The notes beneath the pieces were generated by a model. It made no database searches. It saw only the letters and a program-made list of their open reading frames with translations, and was not told the origin of the DNA. A DNA stretch of 64,000 nucleotides, counting the filler, from Candidatus Hydrogenedentota bacterium (GTDB taxonomy: Bacteria > JBFMHD01), in NCBI GenBank assembly GCA_040752395.1. It is 7 parts of 7 records of this genome, joined end to end, with 100 filler letters (N's around TTAATTAATTAA, not from the genome) between each part and the next. Parts side by side here need not be neighbours in the genome. Positions count along the whole stretch, not along the records: positions 57,464 to 64,000 come from JBFMHD010000156.1; 6 more parts are not named here. One strand, 5' to 3'. Position 1 is the stretch's first letter. Each line of letters begins with the position of its first letter. Below, piece by piece: positions 58,777 to 64,000 of the stretch. The position numbers and the translations under genes are program-made.

Positions 58777-59751
58777 ATGCGATATGATGGTGTAACCATT
58801 TTGATAACAAACTGGAATGGTAAAAAATTAATCTTACCCTGTATCAGAGATGCAATCAATTCAGCTAATCTTTACAAAGGTCCAGTAGAGTTATTAGTTA
58901 TTGATGATTTTTCTTCTGATGATTCTGTCTCCGCCATACAACAGGAGTTCCCTTCTGTAAATATTTTTGTAAATGAAAAAAATCTTGGTGTTGGTGGCGC
59001 TATCAATGTGGGATTTGAAAAAGCTATGTATGACTATGTTATCTTATTAAATAACGATTGTTACCTCCGAGGTGATTATATTACACCTATGATGGATACG
59101 ATTAACAGATTTAACCCTCAAAGGGTCTTTGCTGTTATGAGCAGGGTATATGAGAATGATAGTGAAACTCCTGGTGGTGGTCTTTCGAGAGCATATATAC
59201 ATTATGGTTTACTAAGGGTCAGATGGGCAACCGAAGGAAAATATTTAGAAAAAGAGAGTTATACATTTTACGCTACTTCAGGTGCTATGTTCAGCAAAAA
59301 AAAATGGTTAGAGTTAGGCGGCATGGACCCTTTGTTTAAACCGTTTTATTCTGAGGATGTCGACATCTCTTACCGAGCATGGAAACGCGGCTGGTTGATA
59401 ATTTATCAGCCAAAATCCAAATTAATACACAATCAAGGGACTACAATAAAATCTAATTTTTCTAAAAAATTAATAAGATTCAGTTCGCAAAAAAATAGAT
59501 TTCTTTTCTTTTATAAAAATATGGATGATTTTCTATTCAATCTAAATCACTGGTCTGTAATTTTTTTCAGATTACTTGAGTTTTTTATTAAATGCGATTT
59601 TAAAGTGATTATTGAGATTATTAAAATGTGGAGTAAATTCCCGTATTTTAATAATCATAAACAAAAAGAAAATTTACAAAGAAGATTGACTGATAGAGAC
59701 ATATTAAGTATATCTTCAAAATGGTATTTTACCAATGCTCCAACAAAGTAA
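58777..59751 (+). CDS. GT2 glycosyltransferase
   Basis: ITNWNG, IDDFSSD, LLNND, EDVDISYRAWKRG. Confidence 0.88.
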   Translation: MRYDGVTILITNWNGKKLILPCIRDAINSANLYKGPVELLVIDDFSSDDSVSAIQQEFPSVNIFVNEKNLGVGGAINVGFEKAMYDYVILLNNDCYLRGDYITPMMDTINRFNPQRVFAVMSRVYENDSETPGGGLSRAYIHYGLLRVRWATEGKYLEKESYTFYATSGAMFSKKKWLELGGMDPLFKPFYSEDVDISYRAWKRGWLIIYQPKSKLIHNQGTTIKSNFSKKLIRFSSQKNRFLFFYKNMDDFLFNLNHWSVIFFRLLEFFIKCDFKVIIEIIKMWSKFPYFNNHKQKENLQRRLTDRDILSISSKWYFTNAPTK

Positions 59752-60943
59752 AAAAATTACAAAATTATTATTGCTACTATTTTTCTTCTTTCTACCAATC
59801 TCAATCACTCTGTCCGAGATTTTTGGTTTCTTATCTTTTCTAACAGCTATTTTTATTATGGTTCAGCATAATACACCATATTACAAACCATCGAAAAATA
59901 TTGTAATCTCTTTAACATTACTTATTTTAATGCTGATACTATCTGTAGTTTTTTCTAAAGATACAGGTTTGAGTCTGAATTACTTGAAAAGACACTGGAA
60001 ACTTTTGATACCTGTAGGTGTTTTTTTACTTGTAAGCATTGATAATGATTTTTTTATTAAAATTATAAAATCATTTCTTTGTGGTATTATTTTATCTATC
60101 ATAGCCATTATTATCTCAGAATTTTTTTCAATTGAATTTTTAGATAATTACGATTTTTCTTATGGTTTCTTAAGAAAGAATGCTGCCGGAGTTATGTATA
60201 TCTATGCCGGGATATGGACGGCTATATCTATTATGAAAAAAGATTTAATAAAGTATATAGTTTTTATTTTAACTCTGGGTCTGTTAGTTCTTCTTGATAT
60301 AAGAGAATCGGTTTGTGGTTTCCTGACTGCTATGATTACTTATTTTGTTTTATCAAATAAAAAAGTAATAATCACTTGTTGTGTTATCATATTAGTTATA
60401 GGTATCTTGTTTACAGGCAAAGGTAAATATTTTATAAGGGGAGATAATGGTTCTATTACTGGCAATGTTCTTGACAGATTCGGTGCCTGGAACAGATGTT
60501 TTGAATTATGGAAGAAAAATCCTGTCTTTGGTCTTGGAATGAGTGTATTTGATAAAATTAATCACGATTTTATCTGGGAGAGAAAAGGATTTATTAAATC
60601 AGGTCCAATCACACCTCATTCTATGTATATCAAAGTTCTCATTGATGGCGGTATAGTTGGCATATCATTATTTGCTGGATTCTTATTTTATCTTTTAAAA
60701 GAATTACACAGCCTATTCTATTCTATTAAAGATAATGAGTTGTTAAGAGGTGTATGGTTATCATTATTTTCAAGTTTTACAGGTTTTTTAACAGTGGGGT
60801 TTTTCAACGAATGTTTTACAGATGCTGAGGTTTTCTTACTTGTATTCAGTTTTTACAGTGCTGGTGTGGCTTATTTGAACGTTAACTACACACTTCAGAT
60901 TGCAGACTACGGGCTACGGGCTACGGACTCCAGCCGGCTGTAG
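59735..60943 (+). CDS. O-antigen ligase family protein (WaaL-like)
   Basis: Multi-TM; DRFGAW, NPVFGLG, PHSMY...GGIVG; C-terminus encoded by the repeat. Confidence 0.78.
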   Translation: MLQQSKKITKLLLLLFFFFLPISITLSEIFGFLSFLTAIFIMVQHNTPYYKPSKNIVISLTLLILMLILSVVFSKDTGLSLNYLKRHWKLLIPVGVFLLVSIDNDFFIKIIKSFLCGIILSIIAIIISEFFSIEFLDNYDFSYGFLRKNAAGVMYIYAGIWTAISIMKKDLIKYIVFILTLGLLVLLDIRESVCGFLTAMITYFVLSNKKVIITCCVIILVIGILFTGKGKYFIRGDNGSITGNVLDRFGAWNRCFELWKKNPVFGLGMSVFDKINHDFIWERKGFIKSGPITPHSMYIKVLIDGGIVGISLFAGFLFYLLKELHSLFYSIKDNELLRGVWLSLFSSFTGFLTVGFFNECFTDAEVFLLVFSFYSAGVAYLNVNYTLQIADYGLRATDSSRL

Positions 60944-61097
60944 TCCGTAGCCTGTAGCCTGTCCTGATACCTCTCACTTCTTCCGTTATCTTGCTTCTTG
61001 CATCTTGCTTCTTTCGTTATCTTTCTTTTCCGTTATCTTGCCTCTTGCCCCTTGCTTCTATTTGATATTATTATAGTTACAAAGTTTTTCAGAGGAA
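60884..61097 (+). repeat. Modular element copy (3' part)
   Basis: GGCTACG heptamers, CAGCCGGCTG, duplicated CGTTATCTTGC module, 3' core TTTTTCAGAGGA before ATG 61104. Confidence 0.9.
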
Positions 61098-61103
61098 ATT
61101 TAT

Positions 61104-61901
61104 ATGGAATCTATTGTTATAGAGAATTGTCCTGTATGCGAAAATAAAGAATCAGAAAAGTATTGTGAAGGAGATTGGTGGGAATATGTAAAATGCAAGA
61201 AATGCGAACTCTTATATTTGAAAAAAAGACTCCCGACATCAAAGATGTATAAGTCTTACAGCGGTGGTCTACTTAAAGAAATAAGACGAAAATTAACATA
61301 CCCATTTAGAAAATCAAAAACATTTAAAAATCTTGAAACATCACTTGCAAGATGTGAAATCATTGTTGATGAAATAGAAAATTTTGTTTATCCACCGGGA
61401 AAGCTGCTTGACATAGGCTGCAACAAGGGATATCTAATCGCTACCTCTTTGTGCAGAGGGTGGGATGCTTATGGAATAGAACTTATTCCTGAATTGCCAA
61501 TGGTGATTAAGCGAGAGTTCTGTCTTGAAAATAAAATATTTATAGGTGACATCTCAAGAAATCACAATTATTTTGAGGATAATTTCTTTGACTGCGTCTC
61601 GCTTATAGATATGATAGAACATTTTGAAAAGCCGGTTTCTGATTTAAATAATTTAAACAGAATCCTTAAAAATAACCGTATCCTTTTTATACAAACCCCT
61701 GATTTTAATAATATTCTATCAAAAATATATAGAAGTGCGTGGGGCGGCCTTAATCCCTGCGAACATCTCTGTATATACAATATCAACTCAATTAAATATC
61801 TTTTAGATAAAACAAATTATAAACTCATCAAACTAAAAAGTGGCATTGATAAATATTGCGGTAATATGGTTGTCATTGCTGAAAAATTGTCTAATGTATG
61901 A
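61104..61901 (+). CDS. Class I SAM methyltransferase with N-terminal zinc ribbon
   Basis: CPVC...CKKC, LLDIGCNKG, IEH, QTPD. Confidence 0.85.
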   Translation: MESIVIENCPVCENKESEKYCEGDWWEYVKCKKCELLYLKKRLPTSKMYKSYSGGLLKEIRRKLTYPFRKSKTFKNLETSLARCEIIVDEIENFVYPPGKLLDIGCNKGYLIATSLCRGWDAYGIELIPELPMVIKREFCLENKIFIGDISRNHNYFEDNFFDCVSLIDMIEHFEKPVSDLNNLNRILKNNRILFIQTPDFNNILSKIYRSAWGGLNPCEHLCIYNINSIKYLLDKTNYKLIKLKSGIDKYCGNMVVIAEKLSNV

Positions 61902-62626
61902 ACAAAGAAGAGATAACTGTTTTTAATTTAATAAAAGAATCAAATAAAGGCAGAGTTATTGAGTTATGTCCTGGTTTTGGAAATCTCGCCGAAGAATTAA
62001 AATCAACTGGATTTCGAGTATTCACCGCTGATATCGAGCCATCAAACCTGCAAAAAAAAGATATACCGATAATTAAAGCTGATATGAATAAACAACTACC
62101 ATTTAAAGATAGTTCAGCTGATTATATCATATGTCTTGGTTCTATAGAGCATCTGGAAACACAATATAATTTTACAAAAGAAATAAAAAGAGTTTTAAAA
62201 AATAGCGGCAAATTTTTATTATCAACGCCTAATATATTAAATCTTGCAAGCAGATTAAGATATTTATTAACAGGTTTTTATTCTCTTGCTGAAAGACCCT
62301 GCCCTGAAAATAACAAAAAAAATTATTTTATTGAACATATCTACCCCCTGACCTATTATCAATTACGCCATATGATTCATACCGCTGGTTTAAAAATAAC
62401 AAAACTAACTTCTGACAGAAAACGCAAAAGTTGCATCTTCTTATTATGGCTATATCCATTAATACTTTTTATTACTTATATCGCTTTAATAAAAGAACCA
62501 GATCCCAGACAAAAAGAAATTAATAAAATGATATTAAAAGACTTATTATCTTTAACAATTCTTACAGGTAGAAATTTAATTATCGAAGCAGAAAAAAATG
62601 AAAATAGTAGATATAGATTTATTTAA
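61898..62626 (+). CDS. Class I SAM methyltransferase
   Basis: ELCPGFG, LPFKD, IEH, STPN. Confidence 0.82.
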   Translation: MNKEEITVFNLIKESNKGRVIELCPGFGNLAEELKSTGFRVFTADIEPSNLQKKDIPIIKADMNKQLPFKDSSADYIICLGSIEHLETQYNFTKEIKRVLKNSGKFLLSTPNILNLASRLRYLLTGFYSLAERPCPENNKKNYFIEHIYPLTYYQLRHMIHTAGLKITKLTSDRKRKSCIFLLWLYPLILFITYIALIKEPDPRQKEINKMILKDLLSLTILTGRNLIIEAEKNENSRYRFI

Positions 62627-63404
62627 CTGTGATAATTTATTTAATGCTACCTACCTCTCTATTCTTGAATCAATCTACAACTTTGTTAATAAGAAATTTA
62701 TAAAAGAGCCTCCTTTCAGACCACTTGTAATCGGTCATGGAAATTTTAGGATCGCTGATATGGAACCTGGCAAACACTGGGAGTATCCTTATGCAATCCT
62801 TAATTCTGATCTACAGCCGGGGATGGAAATAATTGATTGTGGTGCTGGAAGAGGTCTTCTGCAGTTTTATCTTGCAAAACTCGGTTGTAAGGTAACTTCT
62901 ATTGATAAAAAGACCTTCCACTCAAAAAAATTGCAACGTTTTTATAGCTTTTTAAACAAAATAGCGATCAAAATAAAAAAAGACCCATCATATTTTATTA
63001 ACAGGTCATCCAGAAAGTTAGGGGTTAACGTAAATTTTATAAATACCTCTATCGACGATATGCCATTCCCGGCCAGGTCTTTTGACAGAGTTTTTTGTAT
63101 CTCTGTTATTGAGCATATTCCCGAGAAACATCGAATTACAAACATTGTAAAAATGTTAAACGTTTTAAAAAAAGGTGGTAAAATGGTTTTAACGTTTGAT
63201 TATAGTCCTTATGGCGATAGTGGATCTATCTCGGATATAGAATTAAAAAAAATTATTGAATGCATAGATAGCGGATATAAATTCGATAAAGCAAAATATT
63301 TTAGTAACTGGGATGATTATATCGCTGGCGTTAATCGTGTTCTTGGACTGAATTTAAAATATACGAGTCTCGGTATGGTCATAGTAAACCAACACACCAA
63401 TTGA
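62598..63404 (+). CDS. Class I SAM methyltransferase
   Basis: WEYP, IDCGAGRG, FDRVFCISVIEH, LTFDY. Confidence 0.82.
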   Translation: MKIVDIDLFNCDNLFNATYLSILESIYNFVNKKFIKEPPFRPLVIGHGNFRIADMEPGKHWEYPYAILNSDLQPGMEIIDCGAGRGLLQFYLAKLGCKVTSIDKKTFHSKKLQRFYSFLNKIAIKIKKDPSYFINRSSRKLGVNVNFINTSIDDMPFPARSFDRVFCISVIEHIPEKHRITNIVKMLNVLKKGGKMVLTFDYSPYGDSGSISDIELKKIIECIDSGYKFDKAKYFSNWDDYIAGVNRVLGLNLKYTSLGMVIVNQHTN

Positions 63405-63432
63405 ACTAAGGTATCTTACATAGGGTATTTTG

Positions 63433-64000
63433 TTATTTCAATTGGTGTTGGGGTAAAGAATTAACAATATTTTCTGATACACCATTGATTAGTATCTGAA
63501 CCTCTTCTTCATAAGTCCGAAAAAGTGATTGAAGAGGACTATTTAGTTCATCATAATAAAATTGATGTTCGAGGTCTTTGAAAATTATATCATCTGACCA
63601 TATAATTGATTCTGATAGATCATACATCGCTAAATTTATCCTGATAAAAGATTCTCTGCTTATCACAGACGAGCTTGATAATCTTGAATTTATATACATA
63701 TCCTCTATCTCTGGTATATTGATTTCTTTAATTTTCAGGATTATATAACCTTGTGCTTCAAAGGTTGATGCTAATTTTTTATAGCTTATCTGTGGATTTT
63801 TAGTTATAAAATCTTTTACGGATAAAGGTTTTATTATATAAGTCGGGCTGTCGTCTTTACGAAGGAGCGTATAAACATTTTCCGTTATAATCCAGCCGAT
63901 TTTTTCATCAAAAGGTGTATTTATGAGAACAAATGTATTTATTGACATGAGTGGTTTATTTGAATTTAATATCTGGTGGTTTGTGCAGGTAATGAAAAAT
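63433..64000 (-). CDS. Hypothetical protein, possible lipoprotein, start beyond the window
   Basis: The frame stays open upstream of the track start (FFITCTNHQILNSNKPL-MSIN) to the window edge. Confidence 0.5.
   Translation of the reverse strand, partial: FFITCTNHQILNSNKPLMSINTFVLINTPFDEKIGWIITENVYTLLRKDDSPTYIIKPLSVKDFITKNPQISYKKLASTFEAQGYIILKIKEINIPEIEDMYINSRLSSSSVISRESFIRINLAMYDLSESIIWSDDIIFKDLEHQFYYDELNSPLQSLFRTYEEEVQILINGVSENIVNSLPQHQLK

Noticed and set aside
2846-63145. Many short opposite-strand ORFs in the track (for example 3857-4228, 7702-8112, 39318-39875, 56797-57213)
   Set aside because: Antisense shadows of well-supported genes with no recognisable motifs.

Overview
This window is not one locus. 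It holds seven pieces of a fragmented, AT-rich bacterial genome (probably a MAG), joined by artificial N-TTAATTAATTAA-N linkers; the five complete contigs fall in length from 9523 to 9382 bp. The genes are mostly housekeeping genes of a flagellated diderm: priA, trpD/trpC, ispE, ctpA, ispB, plsY, xerD, archaeal-type aroA'/aroB' plus aroD, rpoZ-coaBC, ExeA/ExeB-like genes, cobB, flgH, a dcw cluster lacking ftsI, dapA-ruvC-yebC, fapA-fliA, a truncated tRNA-Leu and an LPS/O-antigen cluster. The main unexplained signal is non-coding: a dispersed, modular repeat element with nine large copies and many small ones. It is built from a GTAG-REP-like hairpin, 7- and 8-mer tandem arrays and inverted heptamer hairpins with one mismatch per repeat. 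Its two ends share a TTTTTCRRAGGAG core, large copies lie co-oriented with transcription, the 3' core supplies the Shine-Dalgarno of the next gene, and copies supply the C-termini of trpC and the O-antigen ligase. Also seen: a MITE-like insertion with an 8-bp target duplication, an MNT-HEPN cassette flanked by a duplicated ispB promoter, a probable group II intron domain III remnant, a REP-like motif inside a radical SAM gene and several pseudogenes. No cognate transposase or reverse transcriptase is in the window. Family assignments are from motif recognition only; no searches were run.
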